A DNA stretch of 64,000 nucleotides. Origin: a candidate division FCPU426 bacterium. GTDB lineage: Bacteria > Oederibacteriota > JAAXVQ01 > JAUVAV01. The notes below the pieces were generated by a model. It saw only the letters and a list, made by a program, of their open reading frames with translations, was not told the origin of the DNA and did not search any database. Location: the NCBI GenBank assembly GCA_040756875.1, contig JBFLYH010000002.1, forward strand, positions 254,526-318,525, given 5' to 3'. Position numbers and translations under genes: made by a program. Of the stretch, positions 39,648 through 48,897 are shown in pieces. Numbering within the stretch: position 1 is the stretch's first letter; every line of letters starts with the position of its first letter.

Positions 39648-40556
39648 TCACAGCCGCACCAGCAAGGAAATCCTGTGCGTGGAAGTCAGCTCCTGCACCA
39701 AACCAAAGGCATAATCCAATTCCAGCACACTCCAGCGCACGCCCAACCCCGCGGTCAATCCTTCTATATCATATCCGGCCTTGTAGCCGAGCCTGGCTGC
39801 AAGCAGGCCGGCATAAGCGTATTCCGCCCCCACGTGCAGGGCGAAATCACGGTCATTGGGCTTCAGCCCGTCCGCCAGCAAGATCAGTTCATGCCCTGCG
39901 GCCAGGCGGGTCGAGTAAGCGGCGCCGGCCCTCAGCGTCAAAGGCAGGGGGTCGCCTTCGCTTTCATAGGTGATTTCGGTTCCGATATTCTGCACGACCG
40001 CGCCCAGGACGAGGCCGGCGGCCGCGGCCACTTGCAGGCCTACGTCGCCCGCAAAAGCCGAGGCGGTGTACTTTTCGACCAGCGTGCTGTTGAGCATCTT
40101 TACGGCTGCGCCCGCCCTGACGCCTGAGCTGACTTGAACCCCGTATCCGATTGATACGGCCCAATCGCTTTGCGATTGGACCGAAACGAAGCTTCCATCA
40201 GCCTGGTCCAGGTCCACGGCCCCGCCCTGCAGCAGGCTCAGGCCCAGGCCGAAAGTCCCCAGGCCAGCCACGGGATACCCAGCCAGGAGTTGCTGATACG
40301 CGCTTTCCTCCATGCCCATCAAATAGGTGGCTTGGGCCTGCAGTCCGTCAACCGAAGCCATGCCAGCCGGATTCCAATACAGGCTGTCCACTGTGCCGGA
40401 AGCGCCGGCGCCGGTTTCAGCCAAAGCCTGGGTACGGGCACCAGCTCCCTGGGTCAGAACCAGGCCGCCCGAAGTGCCGGACGCGGCTGCTGTCAACACC
40501 AGCGCCAGGCCAAGGGACATTGCGAACAAGCCGGATAAAAAGGTTTTCGTAAGCAT
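39648..40556 (-). CDS. PorV/PorQ-like (UPF0164-type) beta-barrel protein
   Basis: GAGARTQALAE, SLYWNPAG, VVQNIG, LPLTLRAG, LHVGAEY, GLTAGLG, LDYAF, THRISL. Confidence 0.85.
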   Translation of the reverse strand: MLTKTFLSGLFAMSLGLALVLTAAASGTSGGLVLTQGAGARTQALAETGAGASGTVDSLYWNPAGMASVDGLQAQATYLMGMEESAYQQLLAGYPVAGLGTFGLGLSLLQGGAVDLDQADGSFVSVQSQSDWAVSIGYGVQVSSGVRAGAAVKMLNSTLVEKYTASAFAGDVGLQVAAAAGLVLGAVVQNIGTEITYESEGDPLPLTLRAGAAYSTRLAAGHELILLADGLKPNDRDFALHVGAEYAYAGLLAARLGYKAGYDIEGLTAGLGVRWSVLELDYAFGLVQELTSTHRISLLVRL

Positions 40557-40570
40557 GGTCAGCCTCCTCA

Positions 40571-42571
40571 TCATTTCACCACCACGACTTTTTGCTTCTT
40601 TTCCAAACCGGGTGTCTTAACGTGGATGATGTACACGCCGCTGGCCACGAGCTGCGAGGCGTCATTTTCCCCGCCCCATTCCACGGCATACTGGCCGGCC
40701 GCATAGTATTGATTGACCAGGGTTCTGACCCGCTCGCCGCGCAAAGAATAAACCTGGACGCTCACCCATCCGGGCTGATCCAAATCAAAGGCAATCAAAG
40801 CCTTGCGGTTCTGCAGGGGCTTGAGCTCCCGGCCCGTCACCTCGATGCGTTTCTCGGCTGCGGCGGCCGTGGCGGACAGCGATTGGTAGGAGTAATTGAC
40901 CGTAACCGGGCTGCCCGGACTTTCCACCCGGTACACACAGCCAAAAGCCAGTTTGCTGCCGATATAAGCGCCTTGCACCAGGCCGGCAACCGCGGAGCCG
41001 TGGCGGTTCACGGCCAGCGCTTCTGCCGCGCTGTCGAGCGGGCCAAAATTGGTCGCAGGCCCCCAGCCCGAAGCCGGCAAATACTCCTGGCTGACCGCCT
41101 GACAAACCATGGACGGGTTCAACACGCTGTAGATGCACAGCAACCGGCCGTACTCCGCGTTGCCGAGCCGTGGCATCAACAGCATCGCCGGTATTTCACT
41201 CGAAGCGATTTCCGTAGGCGCAAGCCAGCCAGGGCCGGTGCGGTACTCCCGGGCGTACAGCACGACCGCATTCGGCGAATTGGCCTGGCTAAAGGCGCAG
41301 ACCACATGGCCGGTGTCCTCCACCAGAACATCGCCAAACGCCATTGGAAAAGCAGTGGAAAGGGCGGTGTTTGCTATTAAGTCCACGATTTGCGGTCCCT
41401 GCCAGCCTGACCCCGGCAGATACAGGTTGACGTACTGCCTCATACATTCGCCGGTGGGCTGCTGAAACGCACAGGCGATCATGCCGCTGCTGTTAATGGC
41501 AATGGATGGATAGTCGGCATCCTGGCCCGTGGCTGCGTCCACGGGCACTGCGGCTGACCAGGTGCCGGCCGCGGGTTGAAAGGTGGTCACATACATCCGG
41601 TAATAGGCGCCCGAGCTCTGTGAAAACGCGCAAACGATCTGGCCCGAAGCATTGATGGCCATATCATAATTCGTCTTCAACGGTTGATTGTCGGAGTCTA
41701 TCGTTTCGGCGTCGGCCCACCCGCTCATCGGATCAAGGCGCCTCGTCCACAGGTGGTTCGAGCTGGTGAAAAACAGCGCGCCGGCGCCGTAATCGTTGAG
41801 CGCCAGCCCCCGCGGCGTCGGCCCCGGTCCCACGGCCTGGTCCATCAGCACGGCGCCTTGCCAGCCGGTGCCGACCTGAAACGTGTTGAGAAACAGGCGG
41901 TGGCTGCCGCCGTTCACTTCGCTGAACAGGCACAACCCCAGCCCTGTGTTGTTCAGCGCGACAAAAGTCTTGGATCCTTTGCTGTTGCCTTCGTAATCCA
42001 CCGGCACGGCGCCCTGCCAGCCTGATTGGGGATCGTAAAAATTCACGCATACCTGTTTGTGCCAGGCCGCCCCCTTTTCTACGCGGGCGCACAGCGCCTG
42101 GCCCTGGTCATTGAGCGCTATGCTGAGCGTTCCCGCGTCCATGGCCATGGGATTGAGCCTGGTGGGCGAATTCCAGCCCGCAGCCGCAAACTTGAATCGG
42201 CCGCTGGCCGGATCCACGGCCACCTGGCCGAGAATGGGGTAATTGGCATTGATCCAGTTGGCGCCGGACAAATCAGCGCCCACGGGCTGCAAGCCCGTTT
42301 TTTCCACCCATTCCTCGCCGTTGGAAAATATTTTATACGCCTGGCCATAGGCCGAACCGGCCTCGGCCTGCGACAGCAGCGAGCCGTCGGGCTTGGCCAG
42401 GCGCACGTCGATATTTTGGGATTGAAAGTGAAAGGTGTTCTCCAAGCTGTCGCCGGCGTTTCCGGCCGCGCCGTTGTAAACGGTCTCGGCACGCACCGGC
42501 CCGGCGGCCACGGCCACTGCCAACAACGCCGCCAGGACAGTCATCCAACCCGCGTGGGCAAGGTTGCGCAT
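40571..42571 (-). CDS. Secreted repeat (propeller-like) protein with C-terminal FlgD-Ig/T9SS-like sorting domain
   Basis: Signal peptide; repeated 'Y.P..GW......D' units; C-terminus VQVYSLRGERVRTLV...VEWGGEND...VASGVYIIHV...KQKVVVVK. Confidence 0.82.
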   Translation of the reverse strand: MRNLAHAGWMTVLAALLAVAVAAGPVRAETVYNGAAGNAGDSLENTFHFQSQNIDVRLAKPDGSLLSQAEAGSAYGQAYKIFSNGEEWVEKTGLQPVGADLSGANWINANYPILGQVAVDPASGRFKFAAAGWNSPTRLNPMAMDAGTLSIALNDQGQALCARVEKGAAWHKQVCVNFYDPQSGWQGAVPVDYEGNSKGSKTFVALNNTGLGLCLFSEVNGGSHRLFLNTFQVGTGWQGAVLMDQAVGPGPTPRGLALNDYGAGALFFTSSNHLWTRRLDPMSGWADAETIDSDNQPLKTNYDMAINASGQIVCAFSQSSGAYYRMYVTTFQPAAGTWSAAVPVDAATGQDADYPSIAINSSGMIACAFQQPTGECMRQYVNLYLPGSGWQGPQIVDLIANTALSTAFPMAFGDVLVEDTGHVVCAFSQANSPNAVVLYAREYRTGPGWLAPTEIASSEIPAMLLMPRLGNAEYGRLLCIYSVLNPSMVCQAVSQEYLPASGWGPATNFGPLDSAAEALAVNRHGSAVAGLVQGAYIGSKLAFGCVYRVESPGSPVTVNYSYQSLSATAAAAEKRIEVTGRELKPLQNRKALIAFDLDQPGWVSVQVYSLRGERVRTLVNQYYAAGQYAVEWGGENDASQLVASGVYIIHVKTPGLEKKQKVVVVK

Positions 42572-42681
42572 ATCCCCTCCAAGATGTTTTTCGGATTTGG
42601 ATTCCAGAGTGCTTAAGTCGCTAATTGTACCACAAGGCAGGGTCCGTTTAAGGCGCTTTGGACATTAATTGCGCCCGGCGG

Positions 42682-42999
42682 CTATTTGCCCCAGCGGCCG
42701 ACCGCAAAACCCAGGCCCGCGCCGAGCAGCAATGTCATCAGGCTGATCGGCAGCAAGGTCGCGGGCGATTTCCAGCCGACGAGAACAGCGCAAGGCGTCA
42801 AAACCAGGAACGGAATGATAATACCTTTGAGCACAGGCGGAAGTTTCAGATTGGAAGCCGCGATCAGGAATCCCGAGACCACCCACAGGGAAAATGCGCT
42901 CAGGTTGGCGTCCCAGGTCAGGTGCTGCGCGACCATGGGGACGACGTCAATGGCGCCGGCCACCGCGCCGGCCAAAAGTCCAAAGATCGGTTTGCGCAT
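42682..42999 (-). CDS. Small membrane protein
   Basis: 105 aa, about four hydrophobic helices, GGAGGG RBS. Confidence 0.75.
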   Translation of the reverse strand: MRKPIFGLLAGAVAGAIDVVPMVAQHLTWDANLSAFSLWVVSGFLIAASNLKLPPVLKGIIIPFLVLTPCAVLVGWKSPATLLPISLMTLLLGAGLGFAVGRWGK

Positions 43000-43114
43000 G
43001 TCAGCCCTCCGGGTCCGGGATGAGGACTAGTATATCGCTTTTTCTCCCACAGGAGACGCGATATTTCCGGCAATATTCTTCCGCAGATAAAAGCGGTCTG
43101 TTATAATCGCCTCC

Positions 43115-43831
43115 ATGCCAAAACCGCGCCGCATGACCGAAATAGCCGATCATTTCAACCGCGAGGCCGCGAAATTCGACGACCGGGTGGTCAAAATCGT
43201 CCCCGATTACCGGGAAATGCTCGCGGCCCTGGTCGGCAGCCTGGATTTTCCCGCGAAAAAAAACATCCATGTGCTGGATTTGGGTTGCGGAACCGGAACC
43301 ATTGCCCTGGCCGTCAAACAGCGATTCCCCCGCGCGTCCGTCCACTGCGTGGACCTGGTGCCGAACATGCTCCAACTGGCGGCGTATAAATTGCACCGCT
43401 ATTCCGGCGTTACTTTCGAGCAGGCTGATTTCCACCGTTATGCGATCAGCCGCAGGTATCATGCCGTGGTGACGTCCCTGGCCCTGCACCACCTGGAAAC
43501 CGACGCGGACAAAATGAAAATGCACCGTAAAATCTTCCGCGCGCTGCTGCCGGGCGGCGTGTTCGCCAGCGCGGACATCACGGTTTCCCCCCGGAAAAAC
43601 CTGCAGCAGCTGTATCTGGGCAAATGGGCGCAATTCGTCCGCCGGTCTTTCTCCGAGGCGGCGCTCGCCGAAAACTACCGCCGCTACCAGCGCGAAGACC
43701 GGCCTTCAATCCTGCGCCGGGAGCTCGGCTGGCTGGAGCGGATCGGGTTCAGGCACGTGGAGGTCTTGTGGAAGTATTACAATTTCGCCGTTTACGCGGC
43801 GTATAAGTCGCCCGCGCATTCCAATACATGA
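43115..43831 (+). CDS. Class I SAM-dependent methyltransferase
   Basis: VLDLGCGTG, VDLVPNML, TSLALHHL, LLPGGVF. Confidence 0.9.
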   Translation: MPKPRRMTEIADHFNREAAKFDDRVVKIVPDYREMLAALVGSLDFPAKKNIHVLDLGCGTGTIALAVKQRFPRASVHCVDLVPNMLQLAAYKLHRYSGVTFEQADFHRYAISRRYHAVVTSLALHHLETDADKMKMHRKIFRALLPGGVFASADITVSPRKNLQQLYLGKWAQFVRRSFSEAALAENYRRYQREDRPSILRRELGWLERIGFRHVEVLWKYYNFAVYAAYKSPAHSNT

Positions 43832-43848
43832 ACAAAAGGATGCAGCAC

Positions 43849-44658
43849 ATGAAAACCGTTTTCATCACCGGTTCCTCGTCCGGCATCGGCAAGGAAACCG
43901 CCCTGTATTTCCTGGAAAAAGGCTGGCAGGTGGTGGCGACCATGCGCCATCCGGAAAAGCGGCAGACCGATTTGCACGGCCGCCCGGGCCTGGACCTGGT
44001 GCATCTGGACGTGGAGGACCCGGCCTCCATCCGCGCGGCGGTCCAGGCGGCCGCCAACAAATACCCCACCCTGGACGTGCTGGTCAACAACGCAGGGTAT
44101 TCCCTGTCCGGCTTGTTCGAGAACGCCACGGCCGAACAAGTCGAGCAGCAGTACCGGACCAACGTGCTGGGACTCATGGCCGTGACCCGCGAATTCCTGC
44201 CCATTTTCAGGAAGCAGCGGGCGGGCGTCCTGGTCAACGTGGCTTCCATCGGCGGGCGGCTGACGTTTCCGTTCTACAGCCTCTACAACAGCACCAAGTG
44301 GGCGGTGGAAGGGTTCAGCGAGGGATTGCACTACGAGCTGGAGGACTTGAACATTAAAGTGAAAATCATCGAGCCCGGGATCATCCTGACGGATTTTTAC
44401 GACCGTTCCATGGTGATTCCCAAACAGTCCCTGGCTTCCGAGTACGGCCCCCTGGCCGAACGGTTCGAGTCCAACATGCGCAAGCTCATTCGCGGCGGGT
44501 CGCATCCGCGCGTCATCGCCAAGCTGATCCACCGGGCGGCCACGGACAACTCCCGCAGGCTCCGCTACGCGGGCGGACGCTACGCCCGCTTCATGCTGGC
44601 CCTGCGGCGCCTGCTGCCCGACCGGCTGCTGCACGCATTGCTGAAGCGGGCGGCATGA
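43849..44658 (+). CDS. Short-chain dehydrogenase/reductase
   Basis: ITGSSSGIG, LVNNAGY, YNSTK; the start could be 43828. Confidence 0.93.
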   Translation: MKTVFITGSSSGIGKETALYFLEKGWQVVATMRHPEKRQTDLHGRPGLDLVHLDVEDPASIRAAVQAAANKYPTLDVLVNNAGYSLSGLFENATAEQVEQQYRTNVLGLMAVTREFLPIFRKQRAGVLVNVASIGGRLTFPFYSLYNSTKWAVEGFSEGLHYELEDLNIKVKIIEPGIILTDFYDRSMVIPKQSLASEYGPLAERFESNMRKLIRGGSHPRVIAKLIHRAATDNSRRLRYAGGRYARFMLALRRLLPDRLLHALLKRAA

Positions 44659-44667
44659 ATTCCGCGG

Positions 44668-45279
44668 TCAATCGTACCCGCCCCGCGAGGAAATCCATTC
44701 CGTTTTGAAGCGCAGCTTCCCTACCGCGGACCGGTCCAGGTCGATCCGGAGAACCGAAGTGATGTTGGGGTCGGCCAGCACATAAAAGCGGGCGTGCTGC
44801 TTGCCGCCGGCCACCTGGTAGACAGGCGGAGCGATGGCCCGTTCCTGCGGAGTCGCTTCGCCCCCGAGGTCGCCGGGCCGGTTCAAGATTTTTACGCGGC
44901 CGAGCGAGGCAAAGGCCAAGACCACCTGCTTGAGCGCGAACTTGCGCACCACCGGCCGGCTGTTGAGAAACGCCACCACCTCCTGGAAGCTTTCCAAGAA
45001 AACCGGTTCGCCCTTGGGCGGCGCCACCAGCGTGCGTTCCAGGATGGTCCGGCCGGCGAGTCGGGACTGCGGATTGAAGACATCCACCCGGTATACCGCA
45101 TAGCCTTTGAAGGCTTCGGCCAAAACCGGGTCCGCAGAGGGCGCGAATCCCCGGAGATTTTCCCCATAGTGTTGGCGGGCGAGTTTTTCCATGCGAGCCT
45201 CCCTGGCGTCCTGGGCAGCCAGCAGCGGCGCCCATCCGGACAATAACATCAGCAATAGCAGCCACACGACGCATTTCAT
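44668..45279 (-). CDS. Exported hypothetical protein
   Basis: GGAGG RBS, signal peptide MKCVVWLLLLMLLSGWAPLLA. Confidence 0.7.
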   Translation of the reverse strand: MKCVVWLLLLMLLSGWAPLLAAQDAREARMEKLARQHYGENLRGFAPSADPVLAEAFKGYAVYRVDVFNPQSRLAGRTILERTLVAPPKGEPVFLESFQEVVAFLNSRPVVRKFALKQVVLAFASLGRVKILNRPGDLGGEATPQERAIAPPVYQVAGGKQHARFYVLADPNITSVLRIDLDRSAVGKLRFKTEWISSRGGYD

Positions 45280-45447
45280 TTTATACCTCCTCCCTCTGAT
45301 CACACTCCTGCTTTTCGGAACTTATGAGTTGCTTTAACGGTTCGGCGCCTATGATCCTCCAAGCTACCCGCTCCGACACCCGGTTCCAATCGTCACGCTT
45401 GCCTCGGGCCATTTTCTTCGCACCGCTCAAAACATATTGCGTCACCG

Positions 45448-46380
45448 CTATAACTCCACATCCATTCGCTTAGAGGGAATTCGTTGTTTCAAACGATTCA
45501 ACCTTTTCTCGATTTCGTCGAATAATTCAGGCTCGTTCATCTTCGTGATCAATCTCAAACACCTGAGATAAGCTTGGCCAGCCTCCTCCTCCTGATAGAG
45601 CTTTTCATAACATTCTCCTGAATGAAAATACGCCCCAGCGTGATTAGGTTCTTGACGCAAAGTCTCTTTAAAATCCCGCAAAGCTTCCTCGCTCCGGTTG
45701 GCCACCATTAAACAAATTCCTCGCCGGAAATAAGCGTCGGTCAGTTTCGGGTCTAATTCCAAGGCGCGGTTGAAATCCTCGATAGCATATCCCCGCTGAT
45801 TGCTCGACAGATTGATATAACTTTGCTCCATACGAATTTCTCCGCGCAATACATAAGTCTTTGCTTTGGTGTTGTCCATCTGGATGGCCCGGTCGCAATT
45901 GGACCATGCTTGGGCAAGGCACCCCTCCATATCTTTCATGGCAGAGGCCCTTTCGCTGCCGGCTGAAAAATCCGTGGGATTTATCCTGACTCTCTCATTC
46001 AACTCCGTCCAGCGCCGCCTTTGATCACGGCCCATCGCCAAATAGACCAAAGCCCGTCCAATATAAGGCTCCATCGAGGCAGGGTCAAGGAGTGCGGCCT
46101 GATTAAAATCATTGAGTGCATCCGGATAACTCTGAATTCCCACATAGGCATTTCCACGCGCCAAATAACCTTTTGCTTCCCTGGGCTGGGCCTGAAGAAA
46201 AGCGCTCAGCGAGACGACTGCTTCGCGTAAATCTCCCCTATGCAATTGGTCAAGACCCATATACCAATTTATTTCAGCCTGGGTCTGCCTGGTTTTCTCA
46301 TTGCCGGCGTCCAACGATATCGTCCCGAAAATCAGCACTATACCCAGCGCACCTGCCAGGGGCATTCTGATGGTGATCAT
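45448..46380 (-). CDS. Exported/membrane-anchored TPR protein
   Basis: N-terminal hydrophobic segment; TPR units (GYLARGNAY, AYFRRG); visibly more AT-rich than its neighbours. Confidence 0.8.
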   Translation of the reverse strand: MITIRMPLAGALGIVLIFGTISLDAGNEKTRQTQAEINWYMGLDQLHRGDLREAVVSLSAFLQAQPREAKGYLARGNAYVGIQSYPDALNDFNQAALLDPASMEPYIGRALVYLAMGRDQRRRWTELNERVRINPTDFSAGSERASAMKDMEGCLAQAWSNCDRAIQMDNTKAKTYVLRGEIRMEQSYINLSSNQRGYAIEDFNRALELDPKLTDAYFRRGICLMVANRSEEALRDFKETLRQEPNHAGAYFHSGECYEKLYQEEEAGQAYLRCLRLITKMNEPELFDEIEKRLNRLKQRIPSKRMDVEL

Positions 46381-46429
46381 GCAATCCCTCCGGCTTTCAT
46401 TTAAGGGTAGGCTTGGAGCATCCCGCGCC

Positions 46430-46843
46430 TCACAAATCAAAATACACTTCCGCCAGCCAGCCGCCGCTTCCCTGTTCGACCTTCAGGCCGTGGTAGGTGG
46501 GGCTTTTGATCTCCGCGGCAAAGGCCTCGGGGCTGATCGGAACGAACGCCGCTTCGATGGTGACGCGGCCGGGCAGCGCCAGTTTGGCCTCTACGCGGAC
46601 CGCGGCTTGCCGGCGCGTGTAAAGCCGATAAACCAACTCTTCCAAAAAAATCACCAGCAAGGACGCCAGGCCGTCACCTGCCAGCTGCAGCGTGGTTTTT
46701 TCCGGCTGCGCACCGGCAGGAGGCGCGGTCAGGGCCAGCGCGTACAACCCCTGAGCCGCGTGCGCGAACAACGCCTCCGGCGTTTCGCCCCGGATCCGCA
46801 GCCCCGCATCCGCCGTGTGCTCGAGAATTTCGAAAGGGTTCAT
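46430..46843 (-). CDS. Archease
   Basis: FEILEHTADAG, EIKSPTYHGL, VYFDL; downstream of rtcB. Confidence 0.93.
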   Translation of the reverse strand: MNPFEILEHTADAGLRIRGETPEALFAHAAQGLYALALTAPPAGAQPEKTTLQLAGDGLASLLVIFLEELVYRLYTRRQAAVRVEAKLALPGRVTIEAAFVPISPEAFAAEIKSPTYHGLKVEQGSGGWLAEVYFDL

Positions 46844-47063
46844 ATTTCCTTTCTTTTTCCCTTTTTCCTCCACCGGTGGGCGGGTCAGGGTAAGAGGCGT
46901 CATTGAGAAAGCGTTTGTGAAAAGGACTAGTCGTGTTACCTTTTCACAAGCCGAGGCTGCCGACCCCAGGGCAGCCGTCTTTCGAAATGATGCCTCTTAC
47001 CAAACACCTTTCAAATTTGCATTCGGCCGCTGTCCTGCGAAGCGCTTCCCGGGGCCGCGCGAC

Positions 47064-48524
47064 TCACCCCTTCACTACGCCCAACGGCCTCATTCGCGCC
47101 ACCTTCCGCGACAGCCCCGCCTGGTGCACGGTCTCCACCACTTCATCGATGTTCTTGTACGCGGCCGGCGCCTCCTCGGCCAGGGTCTCCCGGCCGCGCG
47201 CCATGACCTGAATGCCCTGGGCCGCCAACTCCGCGCCGATCGAGCGCCCCTGGGCCTGGCGGATGGCCGCGTGGCGCGAAAGCACGCGGCCCGCGCCGTG
47301 CGCCGTGGAACCGAAGCTTTGCTCCATGGCCGCCGCGCCGCCCGCGCACACGTAGGACGCCGTGCCCATGCTGCCGGGAATCAGCACCGGCTGGCCGACG
47401 GAGCGGTAGCGTTCGGCAACCTCCGGATGGCCGGCCGGAAAGGCGCGGGTGGCGCCCTTGCGGTGCACGCACACCTGCCGCGGCTTTCCGTCCACCTGAT
47501 GCGTCTCCAGTTTCGCGATGTTGTGCGCCACGTCGTAAACCAGGTGCAGGCCCAGGCGCTCGGCCGGCTTGCCCAGGGTGTCCTGAAACGCCTCGCGCAC
47601 CCAGTGCGTGATGCACTGGCGGTTGGCCCAGGCGTAATTCGCGGCCGCGGCCATGGCCGCCAGGTATTCCCGGCCTTCGGTGGACTGGATCGGCGCGCAA
47701 GCCAACTGGGGGTCAGGCAGTTCCACACCGTACGTGCGGGTCGCACGCCGCAGGACGCCCAGAAAATCCTCGCACACCTGGTATCCCAGGCCGCGCGAGC
47801 CGCAGTGGATCATGACCGTGACCTGGCCAATGCGCAGGCCGTAGGCCTCGGCCGCGGCCTGGTCGTATACTTCGTCCACCGTCTGCACTTCCAAAAAATG
47901 ATTGCCCGAACCCAGGGTGCCGAGCTGGGAAAGCCCGCGCTCCAGGGCCCGGGCGCTGAGCAGGCCGCTGTCCGCATCCCCCAGCCGCCCCTCGTTCTCC
48001 GTGCGTTCGGCGTCCTCCTGCCAGCCGTAGCCCTGGCCCACGGCCCAGCGGGAACCCTGCTCCAGCACCCGCTTGAGCTCCGGCGCCTTGAGCGTGATCC
48101 GGCCTTCGCTACCCACGCCCGCCGGAACGCGTCGAAAGAGATTGGCCAGCAGGTCGCGCAGTTTCGGGACGACTTCATCTTGTTCCAGCCGCGAAGCGAG
48201 CAGCCGCACGCCGCAATTGATGTCGTATCCCACGCCGCCGGGCGACACCACGCCCCGCTCCACGTCAAAAGCCGCCACGCCGCCGATGGGGAAACCGTAG
48301 CCCCAATGGATGTCCGGCATGGCGAAGGACGCGCCGACGATTCCCGGCAGGTGGGCCACATGGATCACCTGCTCGAGGGCCTGGTCGCGGAACACATCCT
48401 CCAGGAGCCCGGCCGAGGCAAAGATCCGGCCGTCCACACGCATGCCCGGGTGCTGTTCCTTGGGGATCCGCCACAGATTCGGGCCCATGGGTTCGAGTTT
48501 GGGGGGAGCGGCGGGAGTTTTCAT
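47064..48524 (-). CDS. rtcB: RNA ligase RtcB
   Basis: MPDIHWGYGFPIG, GYDINCG, GSGNHFLE, HCGSRG, HNIAK, HRKGAT, HGAGR, EEAPAAYK. Confidence 0.97.
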   Translation of the reverse strand: MKTPAAPPKLEPMGPNLWRIPKEQHPGMRVDGRIFASAGLLEDVFRDQALEQVIHVAHLPGIVGASFAMPDIHWGYGFPIGGVAAFDVERGVVSPGGVGYDINCGVRLLASRLEQDEVVPKLRDLLANLFRRVPAGVGSEGRITLKAPELKRVLEQGSRWAVGQGYGWQEDAERTENEGRLGDADSGLLSARALERGLSQLGTLGSGNHFLEVQTVDEVYDQAAAEAYGLRIGQVTVMIHCGSRGLGYQVCEDFLGVLRRATRTYGVELPDPQLACAPIQSTEGREYLAAMAAAANYAWANRQCITHWVREAFQDTLGKPAERLGLHLVYDVAHNIAKLETHQVDGKPRQVCVHRKGATRAFPAGHPEVAERYRSVGQPVLIPGSMGTASYVCAGGAAAMEQSFGSTAHGAGRVLSRHAAIRQAQGRSIGAELAAQGIQVMARGRETLAEEAPAAYKNIDEVVETVHQAGLSRKVARMRPLGVVKG

Positions 48525-48556
48525 GGCTGGGCCTCGCGAAGCGGTATTGGGCTTAG

Positions 48557-48685
48557 CAGGCTGATGAAAAAGTCCGCAGAGCGGTCTTTTTCGATTGCGT
48601 TGCGTGGAATACCCCATGAAAAATCAGAGTTTTTCACGGGGTAACAGCGTGCTAGCGGAACACATATGGGTTTTTCAGCACCCTG
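48557..48685. mobile_element. MITE-like element (129 bp)
   Basis: Terminal IRs CAGGCTGATGAAAAA / TTTTTCAGCACCCTG (13 of 15 match), flanked by TTAG direct repeats (48553-56, 48686-89). Confidence 0.7.
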
Positions 48686-48763
48686 TTAGTATAAACCCGT
48701 GCTCAGGGCGGCGCAACCGGAGACGCGGTTTTTTGCGTGCAACCCGCAATGAGCTGACTTATG

Positions 48764-48890
48764 ATGGAGCCCTACGGCCTGTAAGGCCGTAGCACCCTGC
48801 CTGCCATGCGCATCAAGCATGGCAGGGGGCGACATCCCCGCAGCGGAAACGTTGGATTTATCCCCATACGATTTCTTCTGCGAAGGGGAT
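48764..48890 (+). repeat. ~130-bp structured repeat, copy B
   Basis: ATGGAGCC-CTACGGCCT gta AGGCCGTAG-CACC...GGCGACATCCCC...GGGGAT. Confidence 0.85.
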
Positions 48891-48897
48891 ATCTTTC

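Noticed and set aside
45304-45447. Intergenic stretch inspected for an RNA gene
   Set aside because: No convincing stems, tRNA motifs or repeats seen.
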